64,000 nucleotides of DNA from Octopus vulgaris (lineage: Eukaryota). The stretch's first letter is position 1. The number at the start of each line of letters is the position of its first letter. The stretch spans positions 25,916,001 to 25,980,000 of the forward strand of contig OX597826.1 of assembly GCA_951406725.2 (NCBI GenBank), read 5' to 3'. A program made the position numbers and the translations under genes. Below, piece after piece: positions 15,320 through 28,627 of this stretch. The notes beneath the pieces are model-generated. The model searched no databases and was not told where the DNA came from. It saw only the letters and a program-made list of their open reading frames with translations.

Positions 15320-15868
15320 GAGTGAGAGAGCAGTGCATGCCATCAAAGTGACACTGGGGTAAAATATACGAAGCCTAATATACCCATCATGACTACCCGT
15401 CTGATAAGGGTACACCAGGCACATGCATCACAACCATATGTGCGCGACATGGTGATCTCATATCAAGATAAACAGCACATGACCTTGCAGGTGGGGCCCA
15501 GTTAGAATTTTCTTCAGGTTGAGTAGCCCATCCCGCTCAAAAGGGCCCTGAATAAGGGTTGTTTAAGGATGTTGAAAGAACCACCTATGTTTCCAGAGGT
15601 GAATTATTCAAACCCCAAAGAATCCCTCTCAACACATGGCTATGATGCACCCCACTACTTCTGCTCGTGATCAGAGATGCACATATCGTCAGCCACTTAG
15701 GGACATGGTCAACTGGTTAAGGTCAAACAACTGACAAGCAAATCTGTGGTATTGAGCAGAATATTTGCTGTAGCCCATCTTTTATACCAAGACAAAACAA
15801 TGTACATGATAACACTTCCAATCAGTTAAGATCAGAAGCCATCTTCCAATCAGTTAAGATCAGAAGCC

Positions 15869-15870
<2 letters not shown>
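15320..15870. mobile_element. About 550-bp non-autonomous repeat associated with (TTA)n
   Basis: gagtgagagagcagtgcatgccatcaaagtgacactgggg...gatcagaagccat; copies at 8558-8890, 28101-28628, 51700-52140 and 59463-60005; no intact ORF. Confidence 0.8.
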
Positions 15871-15919
<49 letters not shown>

Positions 15920-16216
15920 TAGGTCTTTTTCCGTTACTACGCTGCCGGTAAAATATTTGTTATGCACATCCTTTCATAAATTGGTCAAAAGGAAAGTCTT
16001 TTTTGAAGTTTGTGTTACATTGTCTATATGCTGAAAGACATACAGAAAGACACACACACACACACATACACACAAAAGAAGCTTGCTTCTCAACCATACG
16101 GTTCCAAGTTCAGTCCCACCGCAAAGCACTTTGGGCAAGTTTCTTCTACTATAGCCTCGGGTCGACCAAAGCTTTGTCAGTGGATTTTATAGACGGAAAC
16201 TGAAAAAAAGCCCGTC

Positions 16217-16263
<47 letters not shown>

Positions 16264-16639
16264 TACATGTATGTGTGCGTGTCTTTGTGTCTGTGCTTGT
16301 GTCCCCACCACCACCACCACCACCTATTTACGTACTTAATGTGGCTATTTGAATTTGTCATTTTCACTCACTCTAAGGTATCATTTATAAGCTTGGGCAA
16401 TCACCAATATTTTTATCCTGACACCATCACTAGGTGGATTGCCAACCAAGGATCAGAGAGTCCATAATAACCCTTATATACACACTGTTGGACGTCCGGT
16501 GACTCTCATAAGTTTCTCCTAACTTTGACGGGTCTTGTTTTTCAACTCTCAGGGTGCCCCAAGCATCTCCCACTTAATCAAGCAAGCCTGGTGGAGGCTA
16601 CAGAGTTAGTTGCTGACGACATGATCATTGTTATTATTA

Positions 16640-16989
16640 TTTTATATCTCAGAGCTCTCCTTCTCGCTTGCTCTGGTTGATTCTGTGAGAGTGGATAGCA
16701 ACTTGTCGGAGCATTCACAGGGTCTCTTTCCACAAATTATAGGCTTTGGTACTTAGATGTTAACTTACTGTGGAAGACACTCAACACTCAAAAACCAAAA
16801 TTCAAAATCCTAACTGTCATCAATAGGGAAGTTTTTTGGGTCTGCTTTGACATCATATCAATTCGAATTTTTCTGATATATTACTCGAACTTGGTTGTTA
16901 GTGCACCGAGTGCCCCTAACACTGCTCTCCTCATTGCCCACATTCTTGCAATTTCGACTTTTAGCAGTCTGTATTTTCCCTTCTTTTCC

Positions 16990-16990
<1 letters not shown>
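16640..16990 (-). mobile_element. R4/Dong-like 3' end fragment
   Basis: EKKGKYRLLKVEIARMWAM...GALGALTTKFE resembles the RLE C-terminus. Confidence 0.6.
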
Positions 16991-17420
<430 letters not shown>

Positions 17421-17551
17421 TTCAGTAGTCTTATTTTTATCACGTGTTTTCACTACACTACCGAGTGCAGCTCTATGTGCTGTGGTTTGTTGTGATGCTC
17501 TTATTTTCACTGTATTGAAAGTTTTTTAACGTAAGATGTGTGCACTGCCTA

Positions 17552-17606
<55 letters not shown>

Positions 17607-17770
17607 TATTATTGTTGTTGTTGTTTTTGTTATATTTTTTCAACCAGTTCGAACCCTCACATTCTTGCGGAACGATCGGTTTTTCAACGTTATCCACATA
17701 AATGGCAAATTATTGGCACGTAAGTCAAAATCCTTTATGTATATATGCAATGTGTGTGTGCATGCGTGTG

Positions 17771-17823
<53 letters not shown>

Positions 17824-17895
17824 TTATTATATAGAAGGAGCTTCTACAGGACTAGTACTGTTTCATTCAAGAGAAATCTTCAGGAAGCCTGAAGG

Positions 17896-17944
17896 GCTTC
17901 CTGAAGATTTCTCTTGAATGAAACAGTACTAGTCCTGTAGAAGC
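17896..17944 (+). ncRNA. Hammerhead ribozyme motif, with an identical copy on the minus strand at 17840-17888
   Basis: gcuuc-CUGAAGA-uuucucuugaau-GAAACAG-uacuaguc-CUGUA-gaagc, inside a near-perfect palindrome at 17823-17960. Confidence 0.7.
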
Positions 17945-18026
17945 TCCTTCTATATAATAAATTAATTTTACTCTGCTATGTATTGAGTACCTTACTTACT
18001 GTGGTTAACCCCGTATCAACCCGGGA

Positions 18027-18084
<58 letters not shown>

Positions 18085-19256
18085 TATGCGCACACACATA
18101 TGTATTTATGTATGTATGCATGTATGTGTGTGTGTATTTGTGTGTGATTGTGTGTGTGTATGTATATGTCTGCATGTGCATGTTTGCGTACATTTAAACG
18201 TCGTCTTGTATGTAAAAGTACTTACAAGTATTTGAGGAAGTACCTGCATATATGTGTACGTAGGCATATGAAGCCAGTACCCATGACCCATTACACGTTC
18301 TCTGAGACTTGTGCTAGAGAAGGAGGAAGGTATTTTATGCCAGTGACCTGATCCCAAATCCTAGCATTAGAGTGGTCTCCGTAAAAGGCAGCCAAGGTAT
18401 CAGGTGGTGATGCTTTACGGTTGACAGAATTAGCCCACCATCTAAGGGATTTTAACCCCGAACTGAAATACCCGGAATAAATAACGTTAAGCACCCGATC
18501 CGATGTTCTTATTGCGCTGCCAGTCCGCTTCCCTGAATAGGTACCTTTTTATCGACCATGGAAAAATGTAACACTTTTCGATGGTGCTTTCCTTCAGGTG
18601 TTCAAATTTTTTTTCTCTACATTGTATACTTTATAGACAGTAGTCTTTTCTTTAATTTAATTTTTTATTATCCATCTGGACTATTCCATTTCTGCACGCT
18701 AATTTTACTTTTAATTTATTCCCATTCATGTGAAACCACTTATTCAAGTTCAAGTAATTGATGCAATTTTATACCAATTGCTAATTTTACTTTTATGTTA
18801 CGATTATATTATACTTTAGTTTGATTTTAATTATTACTTACTACATATAATTCAATTGTTATTATTATTTTTATTGTTAAAGTGAAAGTATCTGACATAA
18901 AATAGAGAAATGTTTTTGTTTCACTTTTAACACGTAATACTGAAATAGTGGAGAAGATATGATATTGCTATGGGCTCGCTCTAGGCAAGAAGTTGAACAT
19001 TGTTTTTGCCCATGAAACTACATGGACCCTAAGTAAGGCATGTGTAAAATCTGAATTGAATTGGTTGTGTAGTTCTCAAGTTTTAGGGAATCGTAGTGGA
19101 GAATATATGATATTGCTGTGGGCTCGCCCAAGGCAAAAAGTTCAAAATTTTTTTGCCGATGACACTCCCCGGATCCTAAGTAAGGCATGTGTAAAACTTG
19201 AATGAAATTTAGGGAAACACACAGACAGACACACATTCTCAGTTTTATATATATAA

Positions 19257-19298
<42 letters not shown>

Positions 19299-19315
19299 TT
19301 TTAGCTTCATTCTCG

Positions 19316-19368
<53 letters not shown>

Positions 19369-20621
19369 ATACACACACACACACATATATATATATATAC
19401 ACACGAGCAAAATATATATATATACACACGAGCAAAACGCCCCCCCACCATCCAATGGACGGTGCTGAACCATATCTGCTGAATAAAAGCAATCAGTGTT
19501 TTCTTTTCATTGAAAACATGCCTTTATTTCAATAAAGTTTTGGGTTTTGTCAAACAAAGTTAAGGCAAAAAAACAAAAACAAATAGTCTTTCCTTCCTTC
19601 ATGCTAAATTTGAAGAAAATATCTCTTTTGCATCATAATTTTTAGGTCTTAGATATACTGCATCTTGTGACATTATTTCAAGCCAGCCGGCTTTTTGCTT
19701 GCGCAAACTGCATGTCCAATTTTCTCGCGTACGCGTAGTAACGATCGCAACAGCTGATGTACTTGTGCGTACAAATTCACGTGGAGTGCTCAGTCACTTG
19801 TACGTTAAATTCACAAGCAGGCTGTTCCGTTGATCGTATCAACTGGAACCCTCATTATCGTAACCGATTGAGTGCCAGTGCCACCTATGGATGCGTTGTT
19901 AATAAGTTCATGCGCAGGAAGGGCTGCGTGGCATCTTGGGCGAGTGATTTCTACTATGTCGTCGAATCGACCAATCAGTAAATCTAGGTGATAAGTTTAA
20001 AAAAAAACGAAAAAACATCGTGTATATGCTTGTGTCTGTCTTTGTGATTGTGTTTGTCATCCCACTACTTCAAACTAGTGTTGGTTTGTTTATGTCCCCG
20101 TAATTTGGCGGGTCGCAAAAGGAAAATGATATAATAAAAATCAGGCTTAAGATAATAAATGCTGGGGTCACTTTGCTCGGCTAAACCACTTCAAAGCAAT
20201 GAAAGTAAAAGATAAAAGAAAGACATGAAATTACGAGGTTCCAGGTTCGATTCTATTGCGAGGTAGCGTCATCGGCAAGAATCCCATTCGAATATATCAG
20301 AACAAAGTTAGGGTTGTAAGAACGAAATAGTCTTGTCCTTCGTGGATAACCTTAATGCAAAATAATGCTACAAACCAACACCTAAACCTTGATACACTCA
20401 GAGCACTCTATCATATTGCAATAATTTGAGCCTAGATCAAACAAATTTCTTTCTTCGTACGCCAAAGAAACTACAAGGCGTATCATGTCCCCGAACCATT
20501 TCTACTTTGTATATGGTTACGAATTAAAACTTACTTTTGTTTAATTAATTAATGATTTAAATTCATAAATATGGTAATTCAATTAAAAATTAATTATATT
20601 CTATTATACATTTACTTAAAG

Positions 20622-23600
20622 GAAAAAAAGGAAATATGAAGAGAGAGGAATCACAGAACAAGGCAATTCGGTTCCAAATAGCCAAAACAGTTGACAACAA
20701 GGCGAAGCTAAATCACTGTTTCAGAATGACGGGAGAAGATTTGAAAGATACTGTAATCGAAATGGGTTGCTTCCATCTTACATTCAAAAGAAATGCGTTA
20801 CTGAAAAATATTAAGAGAATGGACAAAGATAATATAATTATTGAGACGTATGATGCTATTGATGATTCTGAAGGCAAAGGAAGATCTGATTCTAGTAGAT
20901 ATGGAGATGATGATGTTGAAAGGAATGTAAGATCTGATCATGGTTATTATGGAGGTGATGATGTTGAAACGAAAGGAAAATCTGATTCTAGTAGTTATGG
21001 AGATGATGATGTTGAACGGAAAGTAAGATCTGATCATGGTTATTATGGAGGTGATGATGTTGAAACGAAAGGAAAATCTGGTTCTAGTAGTTATGGAGGT
21101 GATGATGTTGAACGGAAAGTAAGATCTGATAATGGTTATTGTGGAGGTGATGATGTTGAACGGAAAGTAAGATCTGATCATGGTTATTATGGAGGTGATG
21201 ATGTTGAACGGAAAGTAAGATCTGATAGTGGTTATTATGGAGGTGATGATGTTGAACGGAAAGTAAGATCTGATAATGGTTATTATGGAGGTGATGATGT
21301 TGAACGGAAAGTAAGATCTGATAATGGTTATTATGGAGGTGATGATGTTGAACGGAAAGTAAGATCTGATAATGGTTATTATGGAGGTGATGATGTTGAA
21401 CGGAAAGTAAGATCTGATAATGGTTATTATGGAGGTGATGATGTTGAACGGAAAGTAAGATCTGACCATGGTTATTATGGAGGTGATGATGTTGAACGGA
21501 AAGTAAGATCTGATCATGGTTATTATGGAGGTGATGATGTTGAACGGAAAGTAAGATCTGATAATGGTTATTATGGAGGTGATGATGTTGAAAGGAAAGT
21601 AAGATCTGATAATGGTTATTATGGAGGTGATGATGTTGAAAGGAAAGTAAGATCTGATAATGGTTATTATGGAGGTGATGATGTTGAAAGGAAAGTAAGA
21701 TCTGATAATGGTTATTATGGAGGTGATGATGTTGAACGGAAAGTAAGATCTGACCATGGTTATTATGGAGGTGATGATGTTGAACGGAAAGTAAGATCTG
21801 ATCATGGTTATTATGGAGGTGATGATGTTGAAAGGAAAGTAAGATCTGATAATGGTTATTATGGAGGTGATGATGTTGAAAGGAAAGTAAGATCTGATAA
21901 TGGTTATTATGGAGGTGATGATGTTGAAAGGAAAGTAAGATCTGATAATGGTTATTATGGAGGTGATGATGTTGAAAGGAAAGTAAGATCTGATAATGGT
22001 TATTATGGAGGTGATGATGTTGAACGGAAAGTAAGATCTGACCATGGTTATTATGGAGGTGATGATGTTGAACGGAAAGTAAGATCTGATCATGGTTATT
22101 ATGGAGGTGATGATGTTGAACGGAATGTAAGATCTGATAATGGTTATTATGGAGGTGATGATGTTGAAAGGAAAATAAGATCTGATAATGGTTATTATGG
22201 AGGTGATGATGTTGAACGGAAAGTAAGTTCTGACCATGGTTATTATGGAGGTGATGATGTTGAAAGGAAAGTAAGATCTGATCATGGTTATTATGGAGGT
22301 GATGATGTTGAACGGAAAGTAAGATCTGATCATGGTTATTATGGAGGTGATGATGTTGAACGGAAAGTAAGATCTGATCATGGTTATTATGGAGGTGATG
22401 ATGTTGAACGGAAGGTACGATCTGACCATGGTTATTATGGAGGTGATGATATTGAAAGGAAAGTAAGATCTGATCATGGTTATTATGGAGGTGATGATGT
22501 TGAACGGAAAGTAAGATCTGATCATGGTTATTATGGAGGTGATGATGTTGAAAGGAAAGTAAGATCTGATCATGGTTATTATGGAGGTGATGATGTTGAA
22601 CGGAAAGTAAGATCTGATCATGGTTATTATGGAGGTGATGATGTTGAACGGAAAGTAAGATCTGATAATGGTTATTATGGAGGTGATGATGTTGAAAGGA
22701 AAGTAAGATCTGACCATGGTTATTGTGGAGGTGATGATGTTGAACGGAAAGTAAGATCTGATCATGGTTATTATGGAGGTGATGATGTTGAACGGAAAGT
22801 AAGATCTGATAATGGTTATAATGGAGGTGATGATGTTGAACGGAAAGTAAGATCTGATCATGGTTATTATGGAGGTGATGATGTTGAACGGAAAGTAAGA
22901 TCTGATAATGGTTATTATGGAGGTGATGATGTTGAAAGGAAAGTAAGATCTGACCATGGTTATTATGGAGGTGATGATGTTGAACGGAAAGTAAGATCTG
23001 ATAATGGTTATTATGGAGGTGATGATGTTGAACGGAAAGTAAGATCTGATAATGGTTATTATGGAGGTGATGATGTTGAACGGAAAGTAAGATCTGATCA
23101 TGGTTATTATGGAGGTGATGATGTTGAACGGAAAGTAAGATCTGATAACGGTTATTATGGAGGTGATGATGTTGAACGGAAAATAAGATCTGATCATGGT
23201 TATTATGGAGGTGATGATGTTGAACGGAAAGTAAGATCTGATCATGGTTATTATGGAGGTGATGATGTTGAACGGAAAATAAGATCTGATCATGGTTATT
23301 ATGGAGGTGATGATGTTGAACGGAAAGTAAGATCTGATAATGGTTATTATGGAGGTGATGATGTTGAAAGGAAAGTAAGTTCTGACCATGGTTATTATGG
23401 AGGTGATGATGTTGAACGGAAAGTAAGATCTGATCATGGTTATTATGGAGGTGATGATGTTGAAAGGAAAGTAAGATCTGATAATGGTTATTATGGAGGT
23501 GATGATGTTGAACGGAAAGTAAGATCTGATCATGGTTATTATGGAGGTGATGATGTTGAACGGAAAGTAAGATCTGATCATGGTTATTATGGAGGTGATG

Positions 23601-26104
23601 ATGTTGAACGGAAAGTAAGATCTGATAATGGTTATTATGGAGGTGATGATGTTGAAAGGAAAGTAAGATCTGACCATGGTTATTATGGAGGTGATGATGT
23701 TGAACGGAAAGTAAGATCTGATCATGGTTATTATGGAGGTGATGATGTTGAAACGAAAGGAAAATCTGATTGTGGTAGTTATAACTGTGATGATGTTGAA
23801 CGGAAAGTAAGATCTGACCATGGTTATTATGGAGGTGATGATGTTGAAACGAAAGGAAAATCTGATTCTAGTAGTTATGGAGCTGATGATGTTGAACGGA
23901 AAGTAAGATCTGATCATGGTTATTATGGAGGAGATGATGTTGAACGGAAAGTAAGATCTGATCATGGTTATTATGGAGGTGCTGATGTTGAACGGAAAGT
24001 AAGATCTGATCATGGTTATTATGGAGGTGATGATGTTGAACGGAAAATAAGATCTGATCATGGTTATTATGGAGGTGATGATGTTGAAAGGAAAGTAAGA
24101 TCTGACCATGGTTATTATGGAGGTGATGATGTTGAACGGAAAGTAAGATCTGATCATGGTTATTATGGAGGTGATGATGTTGAACGGAAAGTAAGATCTG
24201 ATCATGGTTATTATGGAGGTGATGATGTTGAACGGAAAGTAAGATCTGATCATGGTTATTATGGAGGTGATGATGTTGAACGGAAAGTAAGATCTGATAA
24301 TGGTTATTATGGAGGTGATGATGTTGAAAGGAAAGTAAGATCTGACCATGGTTATTATGGAGGTGATGATGTTGAACGGAAAGTAAGATCTGATAATGGT
24401 TATTATGGAGGTGATGATGTTGAACGGAAAGTAAGATCTGATAATGGTTATTATGGAGGTGATGATGTTGAACGGAAAGTAAGATCTGATAATGGTTATT
24501 ATGGAGGTGATGATGTTGAACGGAAAGTAAGATCTGACCATGGTTATTATGGAGGTGATGTTGTTGAACGGAAAGTAAGATCTGATCATGGTTATTATGG
24601 AGGTGATGATGTTGAACGGAAAGTAAGATCTGATAATGGTTATTATGGAGGTGATGATGTTGAAAGGAAAGTAAGATCTGACAATGGTTATTATGGAGGT
24701 GATGATATTGAACGGAAAGTAAGATCTGACCATGGTTATTATGGAGGTGATGATGTTGAACGGAAAGTAAGATCTGATCATGGTTATTATGGAGGTGATG
24801 ATGTTGAAAGGAAAGTAAGATCTGATCATGGTTATTATGGAGGTGATGATGTTGAAAGGAAAGTAAGATCTGATCGTGGTTATTATGGAGGTGATGATGT
24901 TGAACGGAAAGTAAGATCTGACCATGGTTATTATGGAGGTGATGATGTTGAACGGAAAGTAAGATCTGATCATGGTTATTATGGAGGTGATGATGTTGAA
25001 AGGAAAGTAAGATCTGATAATGGTTATTATGGAGGTGATGATGTTGAACGGAAAGTAAGATCTGATAATGGTTATTATGGAGGTGATGATGTTGAACGCA
25101 AAGTAAGATCTGATCATGGTTATTATGGAGGTGATGATGTTGAAAGGAAAGTAAGATCTGATCATGGTTATTATGGAGGTGATGATGTTGAACGGAAAGT
25201 TAGATCTGACCATGGTTATTATGGAGGTGATGATGTTGAACGGAAAGTAAGATCTGATAATGGTTATTATGGAGGTGATGATGTTGAAAGAAAAGTAAGA
25301 TCTGATAATGGTTATTATGGAGGTGATGATGTTGAACGGAAAAAAATATCTGATAATGGTTATTATGGAGGTGATGATGTTGAACGGAAATTAAGATCTG
25401 ACCATGGTTATTATGGAGGTGATGATGTTGAAAGGAAAGTAAGATCTGATCATGGTTATTATGGAGGTGATGATGTTGAACGGAAAGTAAGATCTGACCA
25501 TGGTTATTATGGAGGTGATGATGTTGAAAAGAACGTAAGATCTGACCATGGTTATTATGGAGGTGATGATGTTGAACGGAAAGTAAGATCTGACCATGGT
25601 TATTATGGAGGTGATGATGTTGAAAGTAAAGTAAGATCTGATAATGGTTATTATGGAGGTGATGATGTTGAAAGGAAAGTAAGTTCTGACCATGGTTATT
25701 ATGGAGGTGATGATGTTGAACGGAAAGTAAGATCTGATAATGGTTATTATGGAGGTGATGATGTTGAAAGGAAAGTAAGATCTGATAATGGTTATTATGG
25801 AGGTGATGATGTTGAAAGGAAAGTAAGATCTGACCATGGTTATTATGGAGGTGATGATGTTGAAAGGAAAGTAAGATCTGATCATGGTTATTATGGAGGT
25901 GATGATGTTGAACGGAAAGTAAGATCTGACCATGGTTATTATGGAGGTGATGATGTTGAAAAGAAAGTAAGATCTGACCATGGTTATTATGGAGGTGATG
26001 ATGTTGAACGGAAAGTAAGATCTGACCATGGTTATTATGGAGGTGATGATGTTGAAAGGAAAGTAAGATCTGATCATGGTTATTATGGAGATGATGATGT
26101 TTAA
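20622..26104 (+). CDS. Gene A terminal exon: C...GCF domain end, KR sites, 109 x 16-aa peptide repeat
   Basis: Acceptor tttacttaaag| after AT-rich intron; 5.5-kb open frame (tracked 1822-aa ORF); HCFRMTGEDLKDTVIEMGCFHLTFKR resembles gene B exon 3; then RKVR-SD(H/N)GYYGGDDVE repeats. Exact acceptor is uncertain. Confidence 0.75.
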
Positions 26105-26140
26105 AGGAAAGTAATATCTGATCATGGTTATTATGGAGGT
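20885..26140 (+). repeat. Coding 48-bp tandem array: 109 units plus a partial 110th
   Basis: Unit tctga(t/c)(c/a)atggttattatggaggtgatgatgttgaa(c/a)ggaaagtaaga; unit 1 starts at 20885 and unit 109 at 26069 (108 x 48 bp exactly). Confidence 0.97.
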
Positions 26141-26330
26141 CATAGTAGTTGTTGTGGCTATAATAATATTCCATCGTCACCCTGAATGTTCTTCGAACTG
26201 CTTTTCAAACTTATTATTGTGTATTTCTCACTTTTTTCATTGTCCTTATTATTTTGTTCCAGAAAAAATTGTTTTTATTTTTTCTAAAATGGAATACTGT
26301 GTAACTTTTTTGAAATTCAAAACTTTTACC

Positions 26331-26336
26331 AATAAA
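26331..26336 (+). promoter_or_regulatory. Candidate polyadenylation signal of gene A
   Basis: AATAAA about 230 bp after the stop, followed by T/GT-rich sequence. Confidence 0.5.
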
Positions 26337-27349
26337 TGCACAAATTTTTATGAATTACTTCGCATTTTCTGTTGTGTGACCATTACTGGAATCCATATTG
26401 GTCCTTCTATACCTTCTTCACCTTCTTCTTGAAGACCAAATAGAACTATAACAGCAACAACAACAAAAACGACAACACCAACAATAACTATAACTACAAC
26501 AACACCCCAAACTGGCAACAGATGCAATAGTAACTGCAACAAGTGAATGAAAGGCAAACAAAACAATAAAATTTAGAGCAGCTATTTACTAGGCATTCAT
26601 TATCGGCGTTTTATTTGCCTCTCATTCTTTCGGGGTCGATAAATTAAGTACCTGTTGTTTACTGGGGTTGATTTGTCCAATGTTTTGCGTCTATATTTCT
26701 TTAACAAAACGATCCGCGTAAATTGACACAAGCCCGAGAAACAACTCTTCAGCTTACAGTTTGTATTCTATTACAGTATGAATGATATTGTTCGCTGCAA
26801 CATTGGAAAACATACTCTAGATCACTCAACGAGTGTTTACAGCTTAGTATGACAGACCCCAGAGAAGTGAAGGTGGAGTTATTCTCAGAAGGATTTGTAC
26901 ACATTCTGAGTTGTAATTCAGCCGAATTCAATTTTGCTTTTCGTCCGTTCATGGGTCGGTAAAATATGTATCAGCCGAACATTTCTCACTAAAATTGCTG
27001 GCCTTGTGCCATTTGAATTCATCGTCATGTTCATCATCATCATTATGATCATCGTCGTCATCATCACCATCATCATCGACGTCGTCGTCGTCATCATCAT
27101 CATCATCATGATTGTTGTTGTTGGTGTTTTTTTTTATTAATGCTATAAGCTTGCAGAATTGTTAGCGTATCAGACGAAGTTACTTGGTAGCATTTATTCT
27201 AGTTCTTTACGTTCTGAGTTCAAATTCCGCTGAGGTGTACTGTGCCCCCATCGTTTCATGTCTGATAAGATAGGTACCATTTGAGCACTGGTATCGATGT
27301 AATTGACTTTATTCTACCTTCTGCCAAAATTCCAAATCATTATTGTTAC

Positions 27350-27405
<56 letters not shown>

Positions 27406-27647
27406 GACATTTTTTATTATCATTACTAAGGCTGTGATCTTGCAGAATCATTGGCACGCCGGGCAAAATGCTTATCGGCATTTCGTCCTTCTTTATGTTC
27501 TGAGTTCAAATTCTGCCAAGGTCAACTTTGCATTTCATTTTTTCGGGGTCGATATAAATTAAGTACTAGTGAAACGCTGGGGCCGATTTAATCGATTAAT
27601 CTCCTCTCCCCAAATTTCAGGCTTTGTGCCTTTAGTAGTAAGGATTA

Positions 27648-27839
<192 letters not shown>

Positions 27840-28627
27840 TTATTATTATGCAGAAGTTCATAAGAAAAGCATGGATTCACACAACCTTCCCTTAATGCTT
27901 GAGTTTCAGATATCATTTAAATTGCTCCCAACATAACCAGCTATGTTCAAACTATGCTTTGTATTCTCATCAAAATTTTATATTTACGTGTTTGCTTATT
28001 TTAAATTGCAAAATGGTGCATTGTAATTTTGCAATTTTTAAACCCGTTTGGCAAATAAAGATATCGTTATTATAATCATCATCATCATTATTATTATTAT
28101 TGAGTGTGAGAGCAGAGCATGCCATCAAAGTGACACTGGGGTACAAATTTACGAAGCCCTGTATACCCATCATAAATACACGTCTGTTAAAGGTACACTA
28201 AGCACATGCATCGCACCCATATGTGCGCGATACAATGATCTTATATCAAGATAAACAGCACATGACTTTGTATGTGGGGCCCAGTTAGAATTCTTTTCAG
28301 GTCGAGTAGCCCATCCAGTTTAAAAGGTCCCTGAATAAGGATATTGAAAGAAACACCCATGTTTCCAGAGGTGAATTATTCAAACTCCAAAGAATTCCTT
28401 TCAACACATGGCTATGATGCTCCTCCACTACTCTTGCTCATAATCAGGGATGCACATATCATCAGACACTAAGCGCCATGCTCAACTGGTTAAGATCAAG
28501 CAACCGACAATTAAATTTGTGGTATTGAGCAGAATATTTGCTGTAACCCATCTTTTACACTAGGCAAAAACATGTACATGATAACACTTCCAATCAGGTA
28601 AGATCAGAATCTACGAGAGCCACTGCC

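Noticed and set aside
19646-19730. Extra gene A exon (T+GT = Cys, LRYTASCDIISSQPAFCLRK...) that would avoid the junction stop
   Set aside because: The acceptor is plausible, but there is no convincing phase-1 donor and it runs into repeat-like sequence. Gene B has no equivalent exon. Not fully excluded.
20933-20980. Assignment to sulfakinin/CCK or another amidated neuropeptide family
   Set aside because: No G-K/R amidation signal and no RF/DF-amide terminus; similarity is only compositional.
20885-26140. CRISPR-like array
   Set aside because: Contiguous tandem units with no unique spacers, no cas genes, and a eukaryotic context.
20798-26180. Long minus-strand ORFs (1471, 326 and 250 aa)
   Set aside because: Antisense shadows of the 48-bp array. 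They break where the plus frame stays open and have no supporting gene structure.
26150-26185. Insulin A-chain interpretation of the CC-containing tails
   Set aside because: The CC-x3-C-x8-C pattern is absent in both CCGY and CCWY tails.
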